Below, piece after piece: positions 51,416-60,831 of a DNA stretch of 64,000 bases. Origin of the DNA: Candidatus Bathyarchaeota archaeon (GTDB lineage: Archaea; Thermoproteota; Bathyarchaeia; Bathyarchaeales; Bathycorpusculaceae); NCBI GenBank assembly GCA_963811105.1, contig CAWEPZ010000011.1, forward strand, positions 256,001 through 320,000. The letters are read 5' to 3'. A program made the translations under genes and the position numbers. The stretch's first letter is position 1, and every line of letters starts with the position of its first letter. The notes beneath the pieces are model-generated. The model was not told the DNA's origin, made no database searches, and was given only the letters and a program-made list of their open reading frames with translations.

Positions 51416-52780
51416 ATTAAGACTGTAACATTAGTTTATCCATACTTCCGTCCTCACGCTGACACGTCCATATTTAGATTTCCACCGCTCGGATTGGGAT
51501 ATATAGCGGCATATTTAAAACAGAATGAAATCTCTGTTGAAATTGTAGACTGCACATTCCTCAGCCAGAAACAGGCTCTAGAAAAAATTATCGAGTCAAA
51601 GCCAAGGATAATTGGAATTCAGTCGATGTATTCAATGAGAAGAAAATCACTGGAACTAGCCCAAATACTTAGGGGCCATTGTGAATTACTGGTTGCAGGA
51701 GGAGCGCTTCCCACCATACAACCTGGGGCTTTTCTAAACGATTTTGATATCGCTGTTATAGGGGAGGGAGAACAAACTATGCTCGAACTCGTTAAGAAGT
51801 TCGAAAATGATGACGATTTGTCTCAGATAAAAGGAATAGCGTATAGAGACAAAGTCACACATGAAGTCAAACAAACGTCTCCTCGAAGTTTAATTGATGA
51901 CTTAGACAAATTGCCTTCTCCTTCAAGGGATTTGTTTGACAACACTTTTTACAAAGATTATTACTCCGGAAAGTTTGGATATAAAACCACAGCAATCATG
52001 ACCTCAAGAGGATGCCCCTTTACCTGTGATTTCTGCAGCCGACCAATCTTTGGTAACGAATTCAGATCAAGGTCTGCCTCAAAAATAGTCGATGAGATAG
52101 AAGAAGTCATTTCTTTAGGCTATAATAGAATATGGTTTGCTGATGATTGTTTTACTTTGAATCGTAACCGACTCATTGAAGTTTGCGACCAGATCATAAA
52201 TCGCAGATTGAAAATTGGCTGGGAATGCCTTTCTAGGGTTGACACGTTGGACTCTGAAACGGCTCACAAAATGAAACAAGCTGGATGCATAAGAATGTTT
52301 TTTGGAATCGAGTCAGGAAACGATTCAATTCTGAAAATCATGAAAAAACAGATAACAACAAAGCAAGCGTACAATGCTATTCAAATATGTAAAGAGATAG
52401 ATATCAAATCAGGAGCGTTCTTTATTTTGGGATACCCTGGAGAAAACGCCAAAACTATTTTAGATACTGTGAAATTCGCGTCACACCTCCCCTTGGATTA
52501 TCTTTCGTTCACTTTGCCTTACCCTATTCCAGGAACACCTTTATTCGAAAGACTAAATGACAAACTGGTTTCAGATGAATGGGAAGAACCTAAGAATATT
52601 CAGATGATAAAGCATAAACTTCTATTTGATTCACAAGTAAGTGAGCTTAAGATGAAGTTCGCTGTCATTAAAGGAATGCTTCAGTTTTACACTCGAAAAT
52701 ACGTAGGCGAAGAAGGCTACAAATACATAGGCAGACCAATCGAAGCCCTGACAGACATAATTTATTACAAAATGAACTAA
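51416..52780 (+). CDS. Cobalamin-binding (class B) radical SAM protein; probable ATT start
   Basis: LVYP...PPLGLGYIAAYL B12-binding start, SRGCPFTCDFC, FADDCF, GIESG, PIPGT. Confidence 0.88.
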   Translation: MKTVTLVYPYFRPHADTSIFRFPPLGLGYIAAYLKQNEISVEIVDCTFLSQKQALEKIIESKPRIIGIQSMYSMRRKSLELAQILRGHCELLVAGGALPTIQPGAFLNDFDIAVIGEGEQTMLELVKKFENDDDLSQIKGIAYRDKVTHEVKQTSPRSLIDDLDKLPSPSRDLFDNTFYKDYYSGKFGYKTTAIMTSRGCPFTCDFCSRPIFGNEFRSRSASKIVDEIEEVISLGYNRIWFADDCFTLNRNRLIEVCDQIINRRLKIGWECLSRVDTLDSETAHKMKQAGCIRMFFGIESGNDSILKIMKKQITTKQAYNAIQICKEIDIKSGAFFILGYPGENAKTILDTVKFASHLPLDYLSFTLPYPIPGTPLFERLNDKLVSDEWEEPKNIQMIKHKLLFDSQVSELKMKFAVIKGMLQFYTRKYVGEEGYKYIGRPIEALTDIIYYKMN

Positions 52781-52976
52781 TTAAACTTCCAGAATCCACA
52801 TCTGCTAAACTAATTCTGTTAAGGATTCAATCCAATACCGAGCTTTTGTGCATCATGAAATTACAAGCTATCTGACGATCTATTACGATAGATAATACTC
52901 CAACATATTCTTAAATGCAAAAATCTTTTTTTACAATGCAAAAGATTATAAACGTACATAGCGTACCACTCCAACT

Positions 52977-53096
52977 ATGTCCTATGATACTTTCAAATGT
53001 CCAAATTGCAACGCAAGATTTGCCGATCCTAAACAACTTCAAGAACACAGCGTGAAAATACATAAAGGGCAAGCAAGAAGCAGAGCGATATCTTAG
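52977..53096 (+). CDS. 39-aa C2H2 zinc-finger microprotein (not in the ORF track)
   Basis: MSYDTFKCPNCNARFADPKQLQEHSVKIHKGQARSRAIS; TTATAAA box at 52946-52952, about 25 bp upstream. Confidence 0.75.
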   Translation: MSYDTFKCPNCNARFADPKQLQEHSVKIHKGQARSRAIS

Positions 53097-53400
53097 CTTT
53101 AATTACTATAAATTATTATGTAAATAGAATTATTCCACATTCAAGAGTTAAGTTTACTTAGCAGAATTATTTATCCAATATTAACACAAACAACCAAGAA
53201 TATGCTTCTTATTAACCCGACTAACCAGATATGTACACTGTTTTTCCAATAATTTCCGATTAAACCCGATGATGCGCGATAATTTGCCATAATTCTATAT
53301 GTAGTCAGCAAACACATCAAACTCTAAATTATAAAGCAATCCAAAACATGAAAAACAAAACGGCACGACAAGAATATGGTGGCTTGACAGTCTTCATTTT

Positions 53401-53450
53401 TTTCACTTAATATCACTTTTCTTCACTTTGCTTCACTTTCTATCACTCAA
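53401..53450 (+). repeat. Five tandem 10-bp units with a TCACT core
   Basis: tttcacttaa|tatcactttt|cttcactttg|cttcactttc|tatcactcaa. Confidence 0.7.
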
Positions 53451-53643
53451 CAAGCAAAAGAGTCAAACCCCAAAAAAACAACCCGAAGAACAAAGAAAAA
53501 ATTACCGATTAATTCGAAAGCAATGTCTCGATACTGCAAAGTTAGCTCTCTTGCAAACTATAAACTATTGCAATTATTGATCGATATTAGAAAGGAAATC
53601 TATCGAATCCGCAAAGCCTAATCATCTAATGCAATGAGTTAAA

Positions 53644-54339
53644 TTGGCGATAGGCTTTTACGCCCAAGTGTCCGTAATAAGACACATGACACCTGCTAGG
53701 AAAGTGCATTCAACAAAGAGGCACAAGATAACTCGAAAATGGATAATGGCCGTTTCTATACCTCTTCTGGTTGCAATGATATTGACGATCACATACGTTT
53801 GGAACCCTGCAAATTCACCAGTCTCTAACGCTCCAAACGAGCCAGCTGGACTGAAGATACTCGCAGACCATTACACGGGAATAATGAGAAGCTTGAACTC
53901 AAGCCAAACCAAAACCGAAATGGAAGCCCAGCTCGACCCAAACTACAATCAAACCGACCTATTTGTCTGGGAGCAAAACAAGATGACGTTTGCTCAAGAC
54001 CCAATGGGCTGGTATGAAAATCCAATACAAATTCTAAACAGCGGCAAAGGAATTTGCGTACAATGGAGTATAGTCTATGTATCCGCTTGCCTCGCACTTG
54101 GCTACCAGAGCAGGCTCGTCGCAGCGGTCAATACAGCAAGTTGGAACTACATTCATGTATGGGCAGAAGATTACTACAACGGCACCTGGATTCACGTAGA
54201 TCCATCTGACAAAGTCTGGAATAACCCATCAAGATATCAAAGCTGGAACTGGGGTAAAATCGGATCAGAAGTCAGAATCTTCGCATTTGATGACGGAAAA
54301 TTTCAGGAAGTAACATCCAACTACAGCTTTCACGGATAA
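53644..54339 (+). CDS. Membrane-anchored transglutaminase-like protein
   Basis: TM helix, catalytic triad GICVQWS / HVWAE / WIHVDP. Confidence 0.82.
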   Translation: MAIGFYAQVSVIRHMTPARKVHSTKRHKITRKWIMAVSIPLLVAMILTITYVWNPANSPVSNAPNEPAGLKILADHYTGIMRSLNSSQTKTEMEAQLDPNYNQTDLFVWEQNKMTFAQDPMGWYENPIQILNSGKGICVQWSIVYVSACLALGYQSRLVAAVNTASWNYIHVWAEDYYNGTWIHVDPSDKVWNNPSRYQSWNWGKIGSEVRIFAFDDGKFQEVTSNYSFHG

Positions 54340-54462
54340 TCTTCTTTTCGTTAACGTATTGTTTAAATCTCAATAATATTGAAAATAAAGAAACCAGTTA
54401 GATTCCGAAATAACCCTTATAAAAACTCCAGATAACTCCGATGCACAAAGGAAGGCGAATTA

Positions 54463-54693
54463 ATGTCAAGTTATTTTATAAAGAAAGACTTTGCCATCTA
54501 CGAATACTCCGCAATAAAATGTTATTGTGGCACCAAAATTAGGGTAGTACCCAACATTAAAGTCATGAGCAAAGCAATAGAAGATCACGTCGAAAAACAC
54601 AGACAAAAAATAAAAAACCAGAAAGCTGCGGAAACTGAAGCGAACCGCATATGTGACGACCTAATTGCACAAATGTTCGAAGCAAGCAGGTAA
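54463..54693 (+). CDS. Small CxC...H hypothetical protein
   Basis: IKCYCG...AIEDHVEKH; degraded paralogue at about 37.1 kb. Confidence 0.65.
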   Translation: MSSYFIKKDFAIYEYSAIKCYCGTKIRVVPNIKVMSKAIEDHVEKHRQKIKNQKAAETEANRICDDLIAQMFEASR

Positions 54694-55091
54694 AGCAAAG
54701 TCTCCTATCAGGCACCCGGTTACTTAATAAGTATTAACGCTTAGGTTTTGCAAGTAACAGAAGCGGGAAGGACAGCTCTTAACTACAGAGTATTCCCCTA
54801 GCAAACAGTGTCCCTTATGAGAAAATTTATATTGCTTGCGGGCTTTTCTCACGATGAACACCCAAATTGAAGATTTATTTCTCTCTGTTTCTCTGAACTC
54901 CTTAGTTCAGGACACACAGCTGAGACACTCAAGCGTATACCGAACTTATTGTGCACCATTTTCAAGTTGGCGTACCCGCATATACCGCAGTTAGAGTTAT
55001 TCTTTATTACGCTTAGAAAGATACTTTCAAGAACGGTGCCATGGGAGAAATTTTTTGTGCAAAATTTTCGCTCCATAAAACTTTCTAAACC

Positions 55092-55134
55092 TAAAACTAA
55101 CTAATATCTTAAGAGTGAATATTAGTTAGTTTTA
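55092..55134. promoter_or_regulatory. Perfect 16-bp inverted repeat with an 11-bp spacer
   Basis: TAAAACTAACTAATAT-cttaagagtga-ATATTAGTTAGTTTTA; function unknown. Confidence 0.6.
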
Positions 55135-55314
55135 AAAAACATGTTGTAGTAACGATATTACAACAACAAAAAGTAAACCCAAATAGCTTACCACTACGTT
55201 GCCGAGTGCAAAAATAATTTACTGAAATATTTGTTCGACTCGCTTTGTTCAAAAGACAAAAGTATGTTCAAACGTTAATAGTTTTTATATATCTTAACAG
55301 GTCAAGAAATATAT

Positions 55315-55860
55315 ATGCCAAAAATGATTAAAGCACTTATTCTCACCGCAGATAATTTTGAGGACATGGAGTTGTTCTTTCCTTATTTCCGCCTTCTTGA
55401 AGAAGGCTTAGAAGTCGATATAGCTGCGCCTAAGAAAGGACACATAAAAGGAGAACACGGCTACGAGCTGGAAATTCGGAAGACATTTGACGATGTCAAA
55501 CCGGAAGATTATGATCTGTTATTAATTCCAGGCGGATCGCCGTATGGAGCCCCATCAGTTGTTAGAAAGGATGCTAAAGCTCAAGCTATTGCAAAGCTGT
55601 TTTTCAAGTCCAATAAACCCGTTTCCTCTATTTGCCACGGTCCTTGGCTATTAGCTTCTGCAGACGTTGTGAAAGGAAGACATTTGACTGGTTTCTGGCA
55701 TGATGGTGTTCCAGAGGATATAAAGAAAGCAGGTGGCATTTACGAGGACAAAGAAGTAGTTGTTGATGGTAACCTTGTCACTTCACGCTATCCCGGGGAT
55801 TTGCCTGCCTTTATGCGAGAAACAATGCGAATGGTAAATAGGATAAAAAATAGTATATGA
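55315..55860 (+). CDS. pfpI: PfpI/DJ-1 family protein
   Basis: FEDMEL..P, YDLLLIPGG, SICHGPW, VVDGNLVTSR.PGDLPAF. Confidence 0.88.
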   Translation: MPKMIKALILTADNFEDMELFFPYFRLLEEGLEVDIAAPKKGHIKGEHGYELEIRKTFDDVKPEDYDLLLIPGGSPYGAPSVVRKDAKAQAIAKLFFKSNKPVSSICHGPWLLASADVVKGRHLTGFWHDGVPEDIKKAGGIYEDKEVVVDGNLVTSRYPGDLPAFMRETMRMVNRIKNSI

Positions 55861-55921
55861 AAATAACCCGATTACATTTAGCCGAAAAATCATGACAGTA
55901 TACTTACAATACAGATATAAG

Positions 55922-56350
55922 TTATGCTGGGTAGAAAACTCCAGTCATATAGATGTAGTACAAATCGGCAGGATGCCAGGCCTGCACAAGGCTCCCAATG
56001 GCAAAGAAACTGTAGCCATTTCCTGCAGTTACAGGAACTACTGCTTGTACAGACATAGGCCAATAAGTTGTTGTTTCATCTCCGATTGGTCCAGCAAATG
56101 TGTAAGAAAGGTTGGGATAAGCATTACTTGTCGTCCCAAGACCTAAACCTGCAATCGTGGAATCTCCACTCAGATCAGCCATAGCATTAACACTGAGTAC
56201 AACATAACCATTTGATGGCGCGGTTAAGGTCACGTTGGCAACAGTTTTGTAATCTGTGGATAGACTAATAAAACTATGAGCATAAGTGTCGTTATACATA
56301 ACTACGACGCCTGATGATCCAGTTGGTCCTGCTGGTCCTCGCGGTCTCAC
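55922..56350 (-). pseudogene. C-terminal fragment of a collagen-like surface or fibre protein
   Basis: Begins in Gly-X-Y triplets (RGPAGPTGSSG) followed by a beta-rich head; no signal peptide or longer collagen tract. Confidence 0.5.
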
Positions 56351-56729
56351 TGTTCCAGACTCTAAGAAGTACTGTTTTTTCCCATCTTTTTCTATGTTCT
56401 TTCAAAGCAAAGTTAGATTATTTTTATAGTTTAAAGTTTTTTGTGTTTTGTGGAGGCCTCTAGTTGCCTAGGGCTGGCTCTAAGCGCTACGGTGCAGCCC
56501 AGTTACTAGAGGAGTCCGTCTGTGAGTGTGGGTGTGAGTGTGAGTGTGTGGAGACGTTTTGCTGCCAAAGACGCCGCGACGTCACGCTTGATTTGTCTTT
56601 AGGGGAGAGGCCTTTGGGCAGTGTTGTTTCTGGGGTTCCGGTGTCTTGCAGTTGTCAGGTGGGCTGCAGCAAGGGCATCTTTTGTCTCTTGAAGGCTAAG
56701 CGTATTACTACGGGCAGGAGAGTGAGACG

Positions 56730-56966
56730 TTGAAGCAGATCTGTCTCTATGTTCCCAGGTTCTACATCGAGCTTCTTGATGAGGCAGTTGATTTGGGGTT
56801 TTATCCGAATAGAGCTGAGGCGATTCGGCTGGCCATCCGAGGGTTACTCTCTTCGCATGGCAAGTTTAGTGTGCATACGGATTATGAGCCGCCTGAAAAA
56901 ACTGTGTTGTTAGCGGTTGAGAAGCAGCTGGATGATATTGATGAGCGGAGGGCGGCTTTGTGGTGA
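56730..56966 (+). CDS. Ribbon-helix-helix (CopG/Arc/MetJ-like) regulator
   Basis: ICLYVP..YIELLDEAV..G.YPNRAEAIRLAIR.LL. Confidence 0.85.
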   Translation: MKQICLYVPRFYIELLDEAVDLGFYPNRAEAIRLAIRGLLSSHGKFSVHTDYEPPEKTVLLAVEKQLDDIDERRAALW

Positions 56967-57121
56967 ATCATCCTAAACGAAAGCTGGCTCCCGAGTGGGA
57001 GATTCATCTAAGCGAAAACTGTACAGTGACGCCGATGCAAATGGGCAGGACTCGCAGTGAGAAGTGCAGGCAAAGGCGACTTGAGGAAGAGGAGAATAAA
57101 AAAATACGGGAGGCTTCGTGA
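56963..57121 (+). CDS. Small hypothetical protein (52 aa, not in the ORF track)
   Basis: GTGA overlaps at both ends: MNHPKRKLAPEWEIH...KKIREAS. Confidence 0.45.
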   Translation: MNHPKRKLAPEWEIHLSENCTVTPMQMGRTRSEKCRQRRLEEEENKKIREAS

Positions 57122-57316
57122 GGTTGTTTTTTGGGAAGAGCTATCGGCGTTTCTATGGTGCCCTTTCGCGCTTCGGTGTATATACTGAGTATGAAGGGTC
57201 TGGTAATTCCCTGCAGGAAATCCAGAATAGAAGTCTCTATTTCAATGTTGATTGGGAAAATCTAAAGTTGACTATTTCTTGGCGGTTCTTGCGTTGGTTT
57301 TCTAGGAGGTCCAAAA

Positions 57317-57862
57317 GTGAAGCTTGAAGAGGCTTCGTTTTTAGCTGACGGGGTCCGCTGCGCTCTTAAGCCGTTTTGTGATCGTGTTGAAGTTGCTGGG
57401 TCCATTAGGCGCAAGAAAGCTGAGGTCGGCGACATCGACATTGTTGCCATGCCTAAGCCGTTAGCGTTGCCTGCTCCTTTACTCTTCGGCAGCGTAGTCC
57501 ACACTGAATCTTCGGTTTGGAAAGATCTTATTCCAGCTGCTCTCAAGAAACACGGTTTACGGCTTGAGGCCTCTGGCCAAGAGCTGCTTCGCGCTACTTT
57601 TCTATGTGACAGATTCCAAGTTGATATTTACCGGGCGCGTCCGGAGACCTGGGGCGTGATCCTGCTTGTCCGTACTGGCAGCAAGGACCATAATGTGAAA
57701 CTCTGCACTTTAGCGCGGTCTAAGGGCCTAAAACTTAGCGCCTCTGAGGGCGTAGTTACCCTAGGCGGCTTTGGCCAGGTTATCGCTTCTAGATCTGAAG
57801 AGGAGATTTTCTCAGCGTTAGGCATTAGTTACGTTGAACCGAATTGTAGGGAGGTTTTTTGA
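57317..57862 (+). CDS. Minimal family X DNA polymerase (palm and thumb only)
   Basis: AGSIRR...VGDIDIV, QVDIY, TGSKDHN..L...A..KGLKLS..G, SEEEIF.ALG..YVEP..RE. Confidence 0.85.
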   Translation: MKLEEASFLADGVRCALKPFCDRVEVAGSIRRKKAEVGDIDIVAMPKPLALPAPLLFGSVVHTESSVWKDLIPAALKKHGLRLEASGQELLRATFLCDRFQVDIYRARPETWGVILLVRTGSKDHNVKLCTLARSKGLKLSASEGVVTLGGFGQVIASRSEEEIFSALGISYVEPNCREVF

Positions 57863-58171
57863 ATGTGGGCATGTTTGAATGATGAAGGAAGAAAGGTTTG
57901 GGGCGATGTATTCCCAGACGGCAAAATTCCCGTGACCTCAATGGTTTTCCAAGAAACCAAGTTAGGACCTGGAAGTAAACGTGAGTGCGCTGTTTTAATT
58001 GTTTGGAGTGCGCTTTCGAAGGAAAAAAAAGATGCTATCTTAGCCAAAATTAGTGAGAGATTTGGGGCGCCCAAGGACCAAATTCTCAAGGATATTTTGA
58101 GGATTGGGCTGCCGCTGCGAGAATCTCTAACAACTGGAGTTATTGCTGCAGAGCTCAGGTGGTTCATCTGA
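57863..58171 (+). CDS. Hypothetical protein (element-borne)
   Basis: ATG immediately after the PolX stop. Confidence 0.6.
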   Translation: MWACLNDEGRKVWGDVFPDGKIPVTSMVFQETKLGPGSKRECAVLIVWSALSKEKKDAILAKISERFGAPKDQILKDILRIGLPLRESLTTGVIAAELRWFI

Positions 58172-58485
58172 TGGCTGAACTTGAGGAGTTTACGCTTCCC
58201 AAGTACGGCACCCTGGAATCGTCACGGCTCAGAAGCAAGAAGGCCTACGACCTAGTAAATTTAGTCAGCATAAAGTTTGGGGCATCAATAACCTGGAACA
58301 ATGCGAGCCGATTCAACACAATTAACCGAGTCCTCAAGCCTTCAATATTCTTCAGGTTTCATGGAAACAAATTCATGCCGTACCTAGAATTTCTCAGCGA
58401 TGACCTAGGGGTCCTGCGAGAAATCAAGGAAAGTTTTCCTGCCAATTTTGTTGGCGACGTCGAGATCAAGGGAGGCTTATTGTAG
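58159..58485 (+). CDS. Hypothetical protein (element-borne)
   Basis: Translationally coupled ORF. Confidence 0.5.
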   Translation: MVHLMAELEEFTLPKYGTLESSRLRSKKAYDLVNLVSIKFGASITWNNASRFNTINRVLKPSIFFRFHGNKFMPYLEFLSDDLGVLREIKESFPANFVGDVEIKGGLL

Positions 58486-58756
58486 AATGCCTAAATGGAC
58501 GCCTCCTTTCTTGGCTGACCGCGAGAAAGCAGTTGATCTCGGTAAATTTGCTAGCTGCAGTATTCGCCCTGAGGAGTCTTTGCCGCTGAACGCTTGTGAG
58601 TTTGCCGGTGCACTCCTCGAGTACACGCTGGGCGCTCGCAGCTGTTTCGCTGCCGATGGAACCTTCTGTCCCAAATCCAGTTTCGCCGATCCTTCCGTTT
58701 ATTGTTCATGCCCTACCCGGCTTGAAAAACTAAAAAATAGAAACGATCCGCCTTAA
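58448..58756 (+). CDS. Cys-rich hypothetical protein (likely start MPKW)
   Basis: Co-oriented ORF with several Cys, including C.CP. Confidence 0.45.
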   Translation: MLATSRSREAYCRMPKWTPPFLADREKAVDLGKFASCSIRPEESLPLNACEFAGALLEYTLGARSCFAADGTFCPKSSFADPSVYCSCPTRLEKLKNRNDPP

Positions 58757-58771
58757 CGGAGTTTATTTTTT

Positions 58772-59788
58772 TTGGCCGCCTCATCTGATAACTCCACAAA
58801 CACCTCTAGCAACACCAGTTTAAACAGTTTAGTTTCAAGCCGGAGCTGGAGCATTGAGAACCGAGTGTTCCATGTAATCGATGCTGCAGAAATTGAGCTG
58901 CGTCCTGCCGAGATTGCCCGTAAACTCCATGCTCCCAAGAAGCCAACGCGCGGCCAATACACAACTGTGCGAGGAGTTATCAGAAAACTCTTAGAAAAAG
59001 GCTTGATTCTGCAACCGTACCTTGGAAGTTACTGCAACAAAATCACATACGGGGTGCGGTTTAATCCGTTGGCAGTGCACAATATTTCTTTGCGGTCCTT
59101 TGTGTGTCAAGACATTAAGTCCTGGGAGAAAGACGAGTTTGTTGGTGGCGTGAAGATTCATGTCTGTTTTGGTGCTGAGCGGAGAAAGATTTCTGGCTAC
59201 ATTGCTTGTGACGTTGGTGGGATGAGTCATGATGCTTGTCTGTTGGCTTTGAATCGTTGGTTTGATATTACCCAGGATCATCTAGGTTGGCAACTTAATG
59301 ACTTGCAGATCCTAACTTTTGAGTGTAACAAAGATTACCATGGAATACGCGTTGATGGCCTGCAATGTATAACTAGGACAGATCTTTTCGGGATGATTGA
59401 GCGAGTCTATCAGAAAGAGGAGAACCTAGTTCGCAAAGAACAGAAAACTGTAGTCCCGATGAGTATTAACAAGTTTGAGGAAGCCATCGCCAAAGGCTTT
59501 AATGATTCAGCGAATTCTCAGGCAAATTTCGAGATAAGACGGGAAGTTAAAGGAAACTCTGATGCCTTAAAGTTCACCAATTCCCGGCTGCTGGGAATGG
59601 AGCGCTTACTCGAGGCTCTCTACAAGCATAAGGTTGCGGATATTGACAAGGTGAAGTGTTTGGAGGGTGAGGTAGCATTGCTGAGAACAGACGTAAACCT
59701 CATGACTTCTACTCTGCGAGAAATCTTCGCGCTGGACAATAACGGCCAAAAAGCGCCTAAGATTGGAGGCAACGATTATGTCAAGTAG
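58772..59788 (+). CDS. wHTH-fused candidate Rep_trans-like rolling-circle replication initiator
   Basis: N-terminal wHTH (LRPAEIARKL...VRGVIRKLLEKGLI); motif order ILTFECNKD...ERVYQKE...VRKE; C-terminal coiled coil. Confidence 0.5.
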   Translation: MAASSDNSTNTSSNTSLNSLVSSRSWSIENRVFHVIDAAEIELRPAEIARKLHAPKKPTRGQYTTVRGVIRKLLEKGLILQPYLGSYCNKITYGVRFNPLAVHNISLRSFVCQDIKSWEKDEFVGGVKIHVCFGAERRKISGYIACDVGGMSHDACLLALNRWFDITQDHLGWQLNDLQILTFECNKDYHGIRVDGLQCITRTDLFGMIERVYQKEENLVRKEQKTVVPMSINKFEEAIAKGFNDSANSQANFEIRREVKGNSDALKFTNSRLLGMERLLEALYKHKVADIDKVKCLEGEVALLRTDVNLMTSTLREIFALDNNGQKAPKIGGNDYVK

Positions 59789-60110
59789 ACGGCACCTGCT
59801 TAAGGGGCGCATTAATTTTCATGAGCGCGGCACCGGTGAGCAAGTCTACGATATTCTAAGTGCGCTGCGCAAGGCTCCTTTGCTGTCCACTCACATTATG
59901 TACCAGGCAAACTTGAACAGCACACTCCTGAAGGATCTTTTGGTTTACATGAGAAACGAGGGGTACATCGAGTATTTGACGGACTACCGGATCCGCTTAA
60001 CAGCGAAGGGCTACAAAACTCTCAGAGTTGTCACTCCCTTTTTTCTTGTCATCACTCGCATCCGTGACATAAGGCGAGAGGTAAGGCGCAGACAAAGGGA
60101 GGCTTCCTAA
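59778..60110 (+). CDS. Winged-helix regulator (HTH_45/COG3432-like)
   Basis: YDILSAL...THIMYQANLN...LL..M...GYI.....RLTAKG. Confidence 0.75.
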   Translation: MSSRRHLLKGRINFHERGTGEQVYDILSALRKAPLLSTHIMYQANLNSTLLKDLLVYMRNEGYIEYLTDYRIRLTAKGYKTLRVVTPFFLVITRIRDIRREVRRRQREAS

Positions 60111-60252
60111 TTGAGTAATTTTGGTGTTTCGGATAAAAAATGCTGTTTAAATGGCTTTTTTGGGGTAGTACGTACCTATGGGAAAAGTCCATGCTTTTTG
60201 GCATCGAGTTTTCTTATGCTGCCTAAGGTAGATTGGCAGACCCCAATTTTAC

Positions 60253-60831
60253 TTGACGTTAATGGAGGAGAATTCCTTGACTGAACAAAATAGACAGGAT
60301 CTAAGTCAAGAGGTTGTTCAAACACTCAAAAACAAGGCTGAAAAATCCAAAAAGAAGCGCAGCCAATCCCAAAAGGTCGGCACTAACAAATATGATCAAC
60401 AACTCATCAAACGTTGCCTAGTAGGCATTGAAGACATCAAGACTGAGCTGCGTTGGGCACGGGTTGAAAGGGAAAGAACTAGCGAGTCAAAATATTCTCC
60501 AGAAAGAATTGAGTACCATTCTAAGATGGATGATGTAGACAAAGAGATTGTTCAGAGGCTTTTTGAGGTTGGTGTAAACGGAGCGTTGCCTAAGGATGTG
60601 GCTGCCGAGGTTAACAAGCGTAATGGCTACAACTTGGAATATTACGAAGTTAGCCGCAGGCTAGTTCGGTTGAATAAGAAAATGCATTTTGAGACTGGCA
60701 AAACTCTGTTTGAGAAACATGGGCATCGATGGGCAATGAATAGGCTTGGTTTTGAGAGTTACGGCGCCGGCGATGTCGAGGCCCTGTCGAATGTTGACAG
60801 TTTAGTTTTCAATAACAGAGGGGAAGGATGA
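60253..60831 (+). CDS. Hypothetical protein with a probable C-terminal wHTH
   Basis: DDVDKEIVQRL...GALPKDVAAEV...VSRRLVRLN...LFEKHGHRW. Confidence 0.55.
   Translation: MTLMEENSLTEQNRQDLSQEVVQTLKNKAEKSKKKRSQSQKVGTNKYDQQLIKRCLVGIEDIKTELRWARVERERTSESKYSPERIEYHSKMDDVDKEIVQRLFEVGVNGALPKDVAAEVNKRNGYNLEYYEVSRRLVRLNKKMHFETGKTLFEKHGHRWAMNRLGFESYGAGDVEALSNVDSLVFNNRGEG

Noticed and set aside
52823-52844. GGATTCAATCCAATACCGAGCT as a further tRNA-Cys relic
   Set aside because: About 18/23 identity with a gap and 25 kb from the tRNA; cannot be told from chance by eye.
54849-55076. 75-aa ORF with CGICG as a zinc-finger gene
   Set aside because: The second ligand pair is incomplete and there is no other support.
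55092-55134. Inverted repeat as a Xer/dif site
   Set aside because: The 16-11-16 geometry does not match the 11-6-11 dif layout; kept only as an unexplained palindrome.
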